Source: Thermoplasmata archaeon
GTDB lineage: Archaea; Thermoplasmatota; Thermoplasmata; RBG-16-68-12
Reading direction: 5' to 3'
DNA length: 30,394 nt
NCBI GenBank assembly: GCA_036393695.1
Contig: DASWGO010000292.1
Span: forward strand, 1 to 30,394
In this document: positions 1 to 8,310 of the stretch, in pieces
Layout: every line of letters starts with the position of its first letter
Numbering within the stretch: position 1 is the first letter of the stretch
Position numbers and translations under genes: made by a program
The notes under the pieces: generated by a model
What the model was told of the DNA's origin: nothing
Seen by the model: only the letters and a program-made list of their open reading frames with translations
Databases searched by the model: none

Positions 1-136
1 CCTGGTCGACTTTCAGGTTCGTGATCATGTACGTCGCGGTGATCGTGCTCACGAGCCCGATGCTCGGGAACGCCGCGACGACGGTGCCGCCCTTCAGGTC
101 GACCTCTTTCAACGTTCGAACTTCCACGTCGGCCAT
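1..136 (-). CDS. Proteasome assembly chaperone (PAC2) family protein, 5' part (runs off the window)
   Basis: Not in the ORF track because it has no stop in the window. My translation from ATG at 136: MADVEVRTLKEVDLKGGTVVAAFPSIGLVSTITATYMITNLKVDQ, matching the PAC2 N-terminal FP-x-x-GLV-x-x-I motif. GGAGG SD at 145-149. Confidence 0.8.
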   Translation of the reverse strand, partial: MADVEVRTLKEVDLKGGTVVAAFPSIGLVSTITATYMITNLKVDQ

Positions 137-144
137 GGAACGCG

Positions 145-182
145 CCTCCCCCCTCGTAGCAGGCTCTCGACTAAGTAGGTTT
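145..182 (-). promoter_or_regulatory. SD and putative BRE/TATA for the PAC2 gene
   Basis: Minus strand AAACCTACTTAG (171-182), then GGAGG (145-149) just upstream of ATG 136. Confidence 0.4.
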
Positions 183-207
183 GGCAATGCGCCGGGCCGA
201 TGCGGCC

Positions 208-1590
208 TCATGCTTGCCCGACGAGCTCGAATCCATCGAAGGCCATCGGAGGGACGTAGGCGCAGCCGGGCGCCGTCAGGAACGCGTGGGTGGGCGTCAG
301 CTCCCGCCCGACCCCGACGACGTTCTTGAGTCCGTCATAGAAGTTCCCGGTCAACAGGGCGACCTTCACGTGGTCCGCGAGCTCGCCCTTCCGGATCAGG
401 GTCGCGTTGCGGACCTCCATCGCGAACGATCCGGAGAATGGGTTCACCTCCGGCGCGGCGAACTTCTCGACGTACACGCCGGAATCGACTTCTGCGAGGA
501 GCGCGTCGAGGGACTTCCGCCCCGGCTCCACGACGAGGTTCGACGGCTCCGTCTCCGCGGGCTTCGTGTACGCGCCCTCGACGGTCGCGACCGCCCGCCG
601 GTATCCGTTCCCGGGGGGCACGCCGATCAGCGCCGCGTGCTTGCGGTCCGCGAAGAAGCCTTTCAGGGTGCCGGCCTCGACGAGGGTCCGGTCGCGGGTC
701 GCGTTCCCTTCGTCGTCCGCGACGCCGGACGCGAGACCGCCGGGCATCCGCGGCCGGTCGCGGATCGTGACGCCGGCCGACGCGATCTCCTGGCCGACCT
801 TCCCGGCCCATGGGGAGCGGCCCTTGTGGACGTCCTCGCCGTTCACCGCGCTGCCGACCGTCGTGAGGAAGACCTCTCCGAGGTCCAACGGATCGAGGAC
901 GGCGATCCCGGGGAGCTTGCCCTTGAACGCGCGGGCCTTCAGGTTCGCGGCGGCGCGCCGGGCCACGGTGGCGCCGAGGTGCGCGAAATCGATGGCCCGG
1001 ATCGAGGTGTTCATCGCCTTCAGGATGCCCTCTCCGAACTTCCCCTTCGACCCGCACTTCGCGGTCAGGTAGGCGAACACGAGCGTGCCGCGGTGGTTCG
1101 CGAGGACGTCGTTCGAGTTCGCGATCCGGAACGCGTACTCCTGGATTCGAAAGATCGCCTTCGGGACTGAGGTCGCCTTCGACTCCGTGACGGCGTCCGT
1201 GAAGGTCGTCGCGGCCTCGAGCAGACCGGCGACCTCCATCGCCGCGGTCGGCGCGTCCCAGGCCCCGCTCACTTCGCCTTTCCCGGCTTCCGTCGGCAGG
1301 CCGGAGAAGTCCGGGTCCTCGGGAACGCATTTCAACCCGGCCATCGCCGCCGCCACCGCCGAGCGGACGTCCGCGGGCGAGGCCAGAGTCGTCGCCGAGA
1401 ACGCGACGCGTTTCGCCTTCGCCGCTCGCACGCCGAGGCCCGTCTCGCTCCGATCCTCCGCGACCTTCGGGACGTCGTCTTCGATGTAGACGGACCGCGA
1501 GGTGAAGGCGATGGCGTAGGCTTCAGCGGCGTCGGCGCCCTCGGACCGCGCCCGTCGCACCGCGTCCGGCGCGAGGTCGAGCCCGTCCAC
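208..1590 (-). CDS. pmbA: TldD/PmbA family protein, PmbA (TldE)-like subunit
   Basis: 460 aa with N-terminal AEAY and GLGVR motifs, a DDEG-x(5)-TLVEAGTL segment, G-x-F-A-M near the C-terminus, and no HExxxH. Starts (GTG) 1 nt after the tldD stop. Confidence 0.88.
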   Translation of the reverse strand: MDGLDLAPDAVRRARSEGADAAEAYAIAFTSRSVYIEDDVPKVAEDRSETGLGVRAAKAKRVAFSATTLASPADVRSAVAAAMAGLKCVPEDPDFSGLPTEAGKGEVSGAWDAPTAAMEVAGLLEAATTFTDAVTESKATSVPKAIFRIQEYAFRIANSNDVLANHRGTLVFAYLTAKCGSKGKFGEGILKAMNTSIRAIDFAHLGATVARRAAANLKARAFKGKLPGIAVLDPLDLGEVFLTTVGSAVNGEDVHKGRSPWAGKVGQEIASAGVTIRDRPRMPGGLASGVADDEGNATRDRTLVEAGTLKGFFADRKHAALIGVPPGNGYRRAVATVEGAYTKPAETEPSNLVVEPGRKSLDALLAEVDSGVYVEKFAAPEVNPFSGSFAMEVRNATLIRKGELADHVKVALLTGNFYDGLKNVVGVGRELTPTHAFLTAPGCAYVPPMAFDGFELVGQA

Positions 1591-1591
1591 G

Positions 1592-2974
1592 TCAGCCGCC
1601 TCCGACGACGATCTTGCATCGCATGTACGGTCCCCCGGCGGCCACGGGAACGTAGTCCTCCTCGCCTTTCCCGCACGAGCCGCCGTCGAGGGAGATCTCC
1701 TTCGACACTCGGTCGACGCTGTTCAGGATCGAGAGCGCGTTTCCGGTCAGGGTCATCCCCCGGACGCGTTCCCCGACCTCGCCCTTCGTGATTCGGAATC
1801 CGGATTGGGTCACGGCCTGGAACGAACCGCCAACAGGGTCTTCCATCCCGCTGATCCATTTCCGCGTCAGGACGCCGGACTTCGTCTCCTCGAGGATCTC
1901 GTCCTTCTTGTCGCGGCCCGCGCCGAAGTACGTGTTCGTCATGCGCACCCAGACCCGGCGGCCGAAATCCTGCGCGCGGCCGTTGCCGGTGGGTCGGGCC
2001 TTCAACATGCCGGACGTCTCGAGGCTGTGGAGGAAGCCGCGGTAAATCCCGCGGTCGATGACCGTCGTCTTGTGGGCCGGGGTCCCTTCCGCATCGAACG
2101 GGATGGAGCCGTGTCCGCCCGGATAGGTGCCGTCGTCATACATCGAGACCAGCGGGGATCCGACTTTCTTTCCAACTTGATCGGTAAGGAAGGAACGCTT
2201 CTTGACGATCTCATCGCCCTCGGACGCGTGACCCATCACCTCGTGCGCCAGGAGGCCGGAGACCCCTGGATCGGTCACGACCGTCATGAGCCCGGACGGC
2301 GGCTTCGCCGCGACCAGCATCTCGACCGCGTCTCGGGCGACCCCCCGACCGAACTCCGCGAGGTCGAGCGCCTTCACGAGTTCCCATCCCGTGGTCCCGT
2401 CCCGGAAGTCGTGCGCGGCCTCCCGGCGGTCCCCTTCGCCGGCGACGGCCTGGCCGGCGATCCGGATGCGGACCTCCCGCCATTGCAGGCATGCGCCCCA
2501 GGTGTTCGCGAGCTCGAAGGTCCAGTCGGAGTCGGAATACGAGGCGTTCGTGTTCGCGACCTCGTCCCGCTTCTGGGCGCGGCACACCTCCATGGCGGCC
2601 GCGACCTTGTCCTCCCCGGACACGTCCCGCGGCTCGATCCGGACCTTCGGCTCCAGGGTGATCGCGGTGGACGGCATCTTGCGGAGCTTCGACGTCGGCA
2701 CGCCCGCCGCGGCGCCTGCGCGAGCGATCGCGACCGCTTTCCGCGCGGCCTGGACCGCATCCCCCGACCGACCGGACGTCCCGGAGGCGTAGCCCCACGC
2801 CCCGTCGAGGAACGCGCGGACGCCCCAGCCGCGACGACGAACCTCGTTCACGCTCTGGATCTGGTCGTTCGCAACGCGGACGACGAACGCCGTGCGGTCC
2901 TCCGTGCGGACGTCGCCGAACCCGGCGCCCGCTTTCTCGAGGGCCCGTACCGCGGCGGACATGAACTCCGTCAC
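1592..2974 (-). CDS. tldD: TldD family metalloprotease
   Basis: Zinc motif LLAHEVMGHASEGD, plus DDGT, FDAEG, TGNGRAQ, VRMTNTY and C-terminal GSCGKG. GTG start at 2974; alternative ATG at 2962. Confidence 0.92.
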   Translation of the reverse strand: MTEFMSAAVRALEKAGAGFGDVRTEDRTAFVVRVANDQIQSVNEVRRRGWGVRAFLDGAWGYASGTSGRSGDAVQAARKAVAIARAGAAAGVPTSKLRKMPSTAITLEPKVRIEPRDVSGEDKVAAAMEVCRAQKRDEVANTNASYSDSDWTFELANTWGACLQWREVRIRIAGQAVAGEGDRREAAHDFRDGTTGWELVKALDLAEFGRGVARDAVEMLVAAKPPSGLMTVVTDPGVSGLLAHEVMGHASEGDEIVKKRSFLTDQVGKKVGSPLVSMYDDGTYPGGHGSIPFDAEGTPAHKTTVIDRGIYRGFLHSLETSGMLKARPTGNGRAQDFGRRVWVRMTNTYFGAGRDKKDEILEETKSGVLTRKWISGMEDPVGGSFQAVTQSGFRITKGEVGERVRGMTLTGNALSILNSVDRVSKEISLDGGSCGKGEEDYVPVAAGGPYMRCKIVVGGG

Positions 2975-2995
2975 GCGAGACCGCGAAGACGCGCC

Positions 2996-3012
2996 GCGAT
3001 AAAGGGATTTCG
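2996..3012 (-). promoter_or_regulatory. Putative BRE/TATA promoter of tldD-pmbA (probably leaderless)
   Basis: Minus strand CGAAATCCCTTTAT lies about 25 nt upstream of GTG 2974, the usual archaeal TATA-to-TSS spacing. Confidence 0.5.
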
Positions 3013-3071
3013 CGCGGTCGAACGACGCGGGCGCGCGTCGTCCTCGAGAGATTCGCCGTCTCGATTCGCGG

Positions 3072-3103
3072 TTATATATTATTATGGCGCTATTATTTTA
3101 TAA
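3072..3103 (+). promoter_or_regulatory. AT-rich regulatory patch with TATA box (TTTATAAG) for the 3137 gene
   Basis: 32 nt with only 5 G/C, inside ~70% GC DNA; TATTAT at 3077, 3080 and 3091. Confidence 0.55.
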
Positions 3104-3136
3104 GCCGAGGCCCATCGCGCGGACGAGGAACTCCCC

Positions 3137-3469
3137 ATGCAGTCGAATCCCCCGCAGTACCCCGGAGCGCCGTACTACCCGATGGCCACGGAGAACTTGC
3201 TGAAGAAGCGGTATGTGCTCGGGCTGAACGCCGTCGCCCTGCTGGCGCTCTGGCTCGCCGGCATCATCGTGATTCTGAGCGGCGACCTGACCGCGCGCGG
3301 GTTCGCGCGGTTCCTGACGATTTCCGGCGGCCTCGTCGGGGCGTTCGGGAGCGTCGCGGGAGCGCTCGGCTCGAAGCGGACCTCCGACATGCAGAACCTC
3401 GGTCTCCTCGTCTGGGCCGGTCTCCTGCTCTCGTTCACGATCGGCGTCCTCGGATGGATCGGCCGGTAA
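3137..3469 (+). CDS. Small membrane protein of unknown function (about 3 TM)
   Basis: 110 aa, ATG with GAGGA SD, host-like GC3 usage, three hydrophobic segments and a Pro/Tyr-rich N-terminus. Confidence 0.75.
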   Translation: MQSNPPQYPGAPYYPMATENLLKKRYVLGLNAVALLALWLAGIIVILSGDLTARGFARFLTISGGLVGAFGSVAGALGSKRTSDMQNLGLLVWAGLLLSFTIGVLGWIGR

Positions 3470-3475
3470 GCGGCC

Positions 3476-4345
3476 TCACTTCAGAGCCCGGATCGCCGCC
3501 GCGAACTCGGGTGCGACACTGACCTTCGTGTGCGGCGAGAGGACCGTGTCCGTGGCTATCACCTCGTCGCAGACCTTCAGATTCGCCTCGGCCGGGCCGA
3601 CGAAGAGGCCGTGGACGCATGCGGCGATCACGCGCTGTGCGCCTTGGACCTTCAGCTCCTTCGCCGCCGTCGCAATCGTGCCGCCCGTCGAGATCACGTC
3701 GTCCACGATGCCGACGGACTTGCCCCGGACGTCGAGCGCCTTCGGCTCAATCTTCACCGTGTACGAATCGAGGCGCTTCTTCACTAGGAAGTCGAACGGG
3801 ACACCGGCGACCGAGGACGCCTCCTTCACCAGACGGAGCGCGCCCTGGTCGGGCGCGAGGAGCACGTCGACCTTCGCGGATCCCAGGTACCGGCCGATTG
3901 CCGGCATGCCGCTCACTTCGCGGGTGGGGAGCGGGAACGTCTTGAGGATCTCCCGGTTGGCGGGGATCGCCATTGTCAGGAGTTCGTCGCAGTCGACCGC
4001 GATGTGCTTCGCGATCGTCTTCGCGGAGACAGCCTCTCCCTCGAGGAATCGCTTGTCTTGGCGGCCGTAGCCATAGTACGGGACCACGGCGGTAAGACGC
4101 CGAGCACCCATATCCCGGATCGCGTCGGCCAGGAGGAACAGCTCGACGATCATCGGGTCGGGGTGCGTCGTCTGGACGAGGACCACATGCTCGCCCGAGA
4201 CGGGGCCCAGCAGGCGGACGTACCGTTCGCCGTCGGGGAATCCACCGGGATGCTTCTCGAAGGCGACGTCGACGAAACCGACGGAGAGCTCATGGGCGAT
4301 CCCGCGAGCTAGAGGGACCGACGCAGAGCCGCCGACGACCTTCAT
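3476..4345 (-). CDS. prs: Ribose-phosphate pyrophosphokinase (archaeal class III-like)
   Basis: Motifs FPDGERYVRL, VPYYGYGRQDKRF and IVDDVISTGGT. Start reassigned to ATG 4345 (MKVVGGSAS), 289 aa; the track's extension to 4498 overlaps the next gene. Confidence 0.95.
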   Translation of the reverse strand: MKVVGGSASVPLARGIAHELSVGFVDVAFEKHPGGFPDGERYVRLLGPVSGEHVVLVQTTHPDPMIVELFLLADAIRDMGARRLTAVVPYYGYGRQDKRFLEGEAVSAKTIAKHIAVDCDELLTMAIPANREILKTFPLPTREVSGMPAIGRYLGSAKVDVLLAPDQGALRLVKEASSVAGVPFDFLVKKRLDSYTVKIEPKALDVRGKSVGIVDDVISTGGTIATAAKELKVQGAQRVIAACVHGLFVGPAEANLKVCDEVIATDTVLSPHTKVSVAPEFAAAIRALK

Positions 4346-4375
4346 GGAGGGCCCGGGCGCGTCGTATGGGATGTG

Positions 4376-4433
4376 GATATATGAATCGTCCGACGTCTCG
4401 CGACCGCGATAACCGGCGGCGAGCTTTCTTATA
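4376..4433. promoter_or_regulatory. Divergent TATA-like boxes for prs (-) and the archaeosortase (+)
   Basis: Minus strand ATTCATATATC (4376-4386) and plus strand TCTTATA (4427-4433), each about 30-35 nt before its ATG. Confidence 0.5.
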
Positions 4434-4465
4434 CGCTCCGGAAGGCTGCGTCGAACTCGACCGTC

Positions 4466-5725
4466 ATGGAGATCATGCGCTGGGTCGCCGCGTTGCAACG
4501 CCGACGGCGGACGATGATCCTCGTCGCCCTCGTGACGACCTTCGCGGGCGTTGCCCTGGTCCTTAATCAGCCGGAACGGACATCTCTGGCTTGGGTCGGC
4601 ATCCCTCTCGTTGCCGTAGGCGCGGCGATGCTCGTTGGAATTGTGTGGCCCGCCGGAACGAGGCTGCCGGAGGCACCGCCATCCCTGGCCTCCACACTGA
4701 TTCGACGCGCGACCTGGAACGGAAGGCTGGTGCGCCTCTTTCCCATGGTGGGCGTGATGATGCTCGCCGCGGACCTGCTGTACAACCTCAAGCTATCCGC
4801 GTCGCCCGCGCTCCAAACGGAAGACACGATTGTCATCCTGGCAGCGTGCGTGTTCATCGTCTACGGATTCGTGCCGCCTCAGTTCTCCCGGGAGCGGGAT
4901 TTCGTCCTCACGTTCGTGGTCGCCCTCAACGCCATCCTCGTCGTCCCCTTGCTCCTCGCGCGAGCCTGGGAGGCCGACTTCGAACGATCGGTCGATTTCT
5001 ACTCGTGGGTCGCCCTTGCACCTCAGACGAGTGCGGTTCTGCGACTCGTCGGTGTTCAAAACACGATCCATCCGGTCACGGGTGCGACGGCTCCCGGCCT
5101 GACTTTTACACCGCAGCATGTGGGTGTGCAGGTGACGGTCGTCATTACGACGGCGTGCTCCGGGATCTACTCCTTCGGAATCTTTGCGTCAGCCTTCGTG
5201 GCCTTCGTGCTTACCGAGTTCCAGCGGCCGGCCCGGCGTGTGTGGCTCCTCCTCGGACTCGGGATGGCGACTGCGTACGTCGCGAACGTCCTCCGAATGG
5301 TGATCATCGTCCTGGTCGGCTATTACACCGACAGCACCGAGACCGACCTTCAGAACATGTTGATCGCGCATTCCTATGCGGGCTGGCTCATCTTCCTCGG
5401 ATGGATTGCGTTGTTTTGGGCGCTAATCTTCCGATTCCTACCAACCGAATCAGTCACCCGCAACGCCCAAACTCCAGCCGAGGTGGCCGGGCGACTTCGT
5501 TCTCGTTGTGGTATCTGCGGCGGAGCACTAACGCCATTGGCGGCCGCAATTCGGTGCACCTGCGGCTCAGTGCATCATGAGGCCTGCCTCCGTCGCACAG
5601 GACAATGCCCCGCGTGCGGACTGCCCGCCCAAAAAGACGGCGCGCTACTTACGATCCGTCCGCACAGGATTGAACTGCAAGGGTGGGTCGAACCCGAAGA
5701 TGCACCCGAGACGCGTCCGCGATAA
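4466..5725 (+). CDS. Archaeosortase/exosortase family protein (ArtC-like) with C-terminal C4HC3 RING-like zinc finger
   Basis: Multi-TM protein with the exosortase catalytic set: ITTACSG (Cys codon 5156), ANVLR (Arg 5294), HSYAGW (His 5369). The tail contains C-x2-C-x12-C-x-C-x4-H-x2-C-x6-C-x2-C (5507-5617). Confidence 0.88.
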   Translation: MEIMRWVAALQRRRRTMILVALVTTFAGVALVLNQPERTSLAWVGIPLVAVGAAMLVGIVWPAGTRLPEAPPSLASTLIRRATWNGRLVRLFPMVGVMMLAADLLYNLKLSASPALQTEDTIVILAACVFIVYGFVPPQFSRERDFVLTFVVALNAILVVPLLLARAWEADFERSVDFYSWVALAPQTSAVLRLVGVQNTIHPVTGATAPGLTFTPQHVGVQVTVVITTACSGIYSFGIFASAFVAFVLTEFQRPARRVWLLLGLGMATAYVANVLRMVIIVLVGYYTDSTETDLQNMLIAHSYAGWLIFLGWIALFWALIFRFLPTESVTRNAQTPAEVAGRLRSRCGICGGALTPLAAAIRCTCGSVHHEACLRRTGQCPACGLPAQKDGALLTIRPHRIELQGWVEPEDAPETRPR

Positions 5726-5885
5726 TGCCAGAGTGACACCGGGTTTGATCTATTGCCAACTCCTATGCTTCGCAAGGCCAATCTAAGCTGTCACCGACTA
5801 AATGCCACTCATGCGCTTGCCGGTAGACAGAGTAGCTGGCCAAATATTCGAAATAGAGGCAGGTGGATAGCACGGATGATTTCTC

Positions 5886-6869
5886 GTGTCTGGGAAGACG
5901 CCCGCCGATCCACCCAGAGTCCTCCATCTCGGTAACACAGCCAACGTCGCCGCTGAACTTCGCAACGGACTCAAATCAACTGGGGCTGCGGAATGCCTTG
6001 TGGTGGAGACGCAAGACAACAAGCTCCGGTTCGACGAGGACATTCGCCTCTCGTGGGACTGGGCAACTTCGCGATTAGCACGCGCAGGACGACACCTCTC
6101 TGAGCTAATCCTGTTGAAGAACCTGGCGAGTGAAGCGGACATCGTTCACATTCACCATACTGGCCAGGTGATGAACGTGCTTGCCAAATGGGCCCAGATG
6201 CACGGGAAGCGCATCGTTCGCCATTTCCATGGGCATGAAGTCCGCCATGGGAAAGTTTCGGAGGAGGTCCGCTTTGCGGACGCCGTCCTTGTCTCCACAC
6301 CAGACCTCTTGCGGTACGTGAGGGCGTCCCAGCCTCGGCGGCAGCCCGTATGGATTCCAAACCCTCGTCCATTCCCAGACTCGCGACCAGAACCCGCCCT
6401 AAGTCCTCCGCTCCGTATCGTTCACGCTCACCTGCGGAACCCCGTGTATGCTGACGTGTTTGGAACTGAGTCGATTCGGGCGGCAGTCAGCCGGCTCGCA
6501 GGTCAGGGGTACGACGTCATGCTTGACGAAGTCAGCGGTTTGACACATCACGACGCCATGAAACGGTACCGTGCCTGTCACATCGCCGTAGACAAGTTAA
6601 GGATAGGCTGGTACGGCGCCTTCGGGATTGAATGTCTGTCCTACGGCCTCCCAGTGTTGGCTGGTGTGTCCAAGGATTTGAGTGTTCTCCAGCCGCCGGT
6701 GCTCCCTACAACCGAAGAGACCCTCGAAGAGACCCTGGAGGAGCTCGTGATGGATGAGCGTTTGCGGGAACGAGTTGGACAGGAGCTTTTCGTCAGGGGG
6801 AGAGCCCAGCACGACACTCCAATCGTAGCCGCGAGAGTTTCTGAGATCTACCGGGACCTTCTTGCCTAG
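5886..6869 (+). CDS. Glycosyltransferase, GT4-like (GT-B)
   Basis: RVLHLGNTANVA, HFHGHEVR, VSTPDL, WIPNP and C-terminal GWYGAFGIECLSYGLPV. GTG start is uncertain. Confidence 0.8.
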   Translation: MSGKTPADPPRVLHLGNTANVAAELRNGLKSTGAAECLVVETQDNKLRFDEDIRLSWDWATSRLARAGRHLSELILLKNLASEADIVHIHHTGQVMNVLAKWAQMHGKRIVRHFHGHEVRHGKVSEEVRFADAVLVSTPDLLRYVRASQPRRQPVWIPNPRPFPDSRPEPALSPPLRIVHAHLRNPVYADVFGTESIRAAVSRLAGQGYDVMLDEVSGLTHHDAMKRYRACHIAVDKLRIGWYGAFGIECLSYGLPVLAGVSKDLSVLQPPVLPTTEETLEETLEELVMDERLRERVGQELFVRGRAQHDTPIVAARVSEIYRDLLA

Positions 6870-7040
6870 GCGTGTCCGAAAAGGCAGTCAATCGGATGGC
6901 GGTTCCGCCGGGCCAGGACGAAGGCCTGGCGAACTGGTTACTCAAATTCCACTTTTCCGGATGGAACCGAGGATTCTGCCCTGGGCTCGTTCCGGGCTGG
7001 ATTCCGGGGTCGATTGCAGGTGTGCTTCAAACGCGCGACT

Positions 7041-8285
7041 CTAAACCTTGGCGAGGTCCTCGTACAATGAGAGATACGCGCTCGCAACGATCCGAACGTC
7101 AAAGGTTGAGACAGCGAAAGCTCGGCATTGTCGACAAACTTCGAGATAGGCGTCACGCGAGTCTCGGAAGCGCCTGAGAACCTCCCACGCAGACCGCGGC
7201 GCGGCACGGTTGACGAACGGGGCAAGTTCAGCGGGCAGGGTCGTTTCGCTCGCCTCTTCAGAGTCCCGAATTCGAATCACGGGTCGTCCAGTTGCGAATG
7301 CCTCAAGGGTTGTTCGCGGGGTGCCGACTTCGTAGGGATCGACCATTACACTCGCCTGCCCAAGAACCGCGGCTACATCCTCGGGCGAGAGATTCCAGAA
7401 AATCGAGACGCGGGGATGAGACGCCAACTGGGAAATTGGCGCCGACATCGGATTATCACCTGGTTCGGCAGCCAAACAGAGGACCAATCGCGCCCATGGA
7501 GGAGCGCTCTCCCAGACCGCGATGACGGTGTTGATCCCTGGCTTGCCCGCACGGCCGACATAACAGACCACAAACTCCGGGCCGCTAGGTGGTTCAATGA
7601 ACCGGAACAGGTCGGTATCAATTGGGTTCGGGATGAACCGCACGAGCGTGTGCAGCTTTTCCTCCCGCAAACATCTTCTGGCATTCTCGTAACCACTTCG
7701 CTCGACAGCTACTACTGCCGCCACAGACCCCATTATCGCTGGCCCTCCGTTTCGTACGAATCTCTCATAAGATCCGGAGAACAGGGAGTGGTCGGTGTAC
7801 AGGCTCGCTCGAGCGGCTCGCGATGCACCGAAGACACGCCTTAAGACCATGGTATTGAACAACCCTCGAATGCCTGGCATGGCCGGATTGTATCTTCTTA
7901 GCCAGCCCAAACCGTGGTAGTGAACAACCGCACGCCCGTCCTCGTCGCGGACGTAGCGGGAGCGCACATCCTGTCGCGCGAGATTTGAAAGCAGCCCGAT
8001 GACACTTGAAGCATGTGCCGTAGGCATCAAAGAGATGATCGGGAAAGCCACTCGAAACCAAGAGGCGTCGGACGCTGAAACATATTGAACATCAATCGAA
8101 TTGGGAGGATTTTCCACAAGACGAGTTGAAGCAGCGGGTGCATCAACGAGCACCGTCGCGTCGACCGATGGCATCCGTCGAAGGAGCGTAGAAAGAGCCG
8201 TTTCAATCCCTCCGATCGACGAACCGAACACATCAGTAAAATGCAGAACTCTCAGACGAGCCCCGCGGCCCTCGCGGCCTCTCAT
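7041..8285 (-). CDS. Glycosyltransferase family 4
   Basis: VLHFTDVFGSSIGGIE, PNPIDTDLF, CYVGR, TTLEAFATGRPVI. Start reassigned to ATG 8285 (alternative 8336) because the track start overlaps the upstream gene. Confidence 0.82.
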   Translation of the reverse strand: MRGREGRGARLRVLHFTDVFGSSIGGIETALSTLLRRMPSVDATVLVDAPAASTRLVENPPNSIDVQYVSASDASWFRVAFPIISLMPTAHASSVIGLLSNLARQDVRSRYVRDEDGRAVVHYHGLGWLRRYNPAMPGIRGLFNTMVLRRVFGASRAARASLYTDHSLFSGSYERFVRNGGPAIMGSVAAVVAVERSGYENARRCLREEKLHTLVRFIPNPIDTDLFRFIEPPSGPEFVVCYVGRAGKPGINTVIAVWESAPPWARLVLCLAAEPGDNPMSAPISQLASHPRVSIFWNLSPEDVAAVLGQASVMVDPYEVGTPRTTLEAFATGRPVIRIRDSEEASETTLPAELAPFVNRAAPRSAWEVLRRFRDSRDAYLEVCRQCRAFAVSTFDVRIVASAYLSLYEDLAKV

Positions 8286-8310
8286 GGCGAACACGGGCCC
8301 CTCCGAGTCA

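Noticed and set aside
181-3103. Long alternative ORFs (181..1170 +, 335..1330 -, 1805..3103 +)
   Set aside because: Antisense or off-frame shadows of pmbA/tldD caused by high GC3; no motifs and Arg/Pro/Gly-rich composition.
3022-3109. Possible replication origin (AT-rich unwinding element)
   Set aside because: No ORB-like boxes and no cdc6/orc1 gene in the window; the patch is only 32 nt.
208-3469. TldD/E-associated RiPP (microcin-like) cluster
   Set aside because: No YcaO, radical SAM or other modifying enzyme, and no precursor-like peptide seen.
4346-4498. N-terminal extension of prs in the ORF track
   Set aside because: It runs over the promoter region and overlaps the sortase start; the family N-terminus begins at ATG 4345.
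4591-5580. 329-aa off-frame ORF inside the archaeosortase
   Set aside because: Frame shadow with no recognisable motif.
5726-5885. Attachment-site or direct-repeat boundaries for the cassette (GTGACA near 5732 and 24517)
   Set aside because: Only a 6-bp match, expected by chance; no integrase or tRNA.
5851-5935. SD-like AGGTGG before an out-of-frame ATG (5876) suggesting a frameshifted GT start; similar upstream ATG at 9244
   Set aside because: In-frame GTG starts exist and the conserved domains are complete; nearby out-of-frame ATGs are expected by chance.
6872-7177. 101-aa ORF between convergent GT genes
   Set aside because: Overlaps the GT4 3' end in antisense, no motif or SD; the short GC hairpins here are unremarkable.
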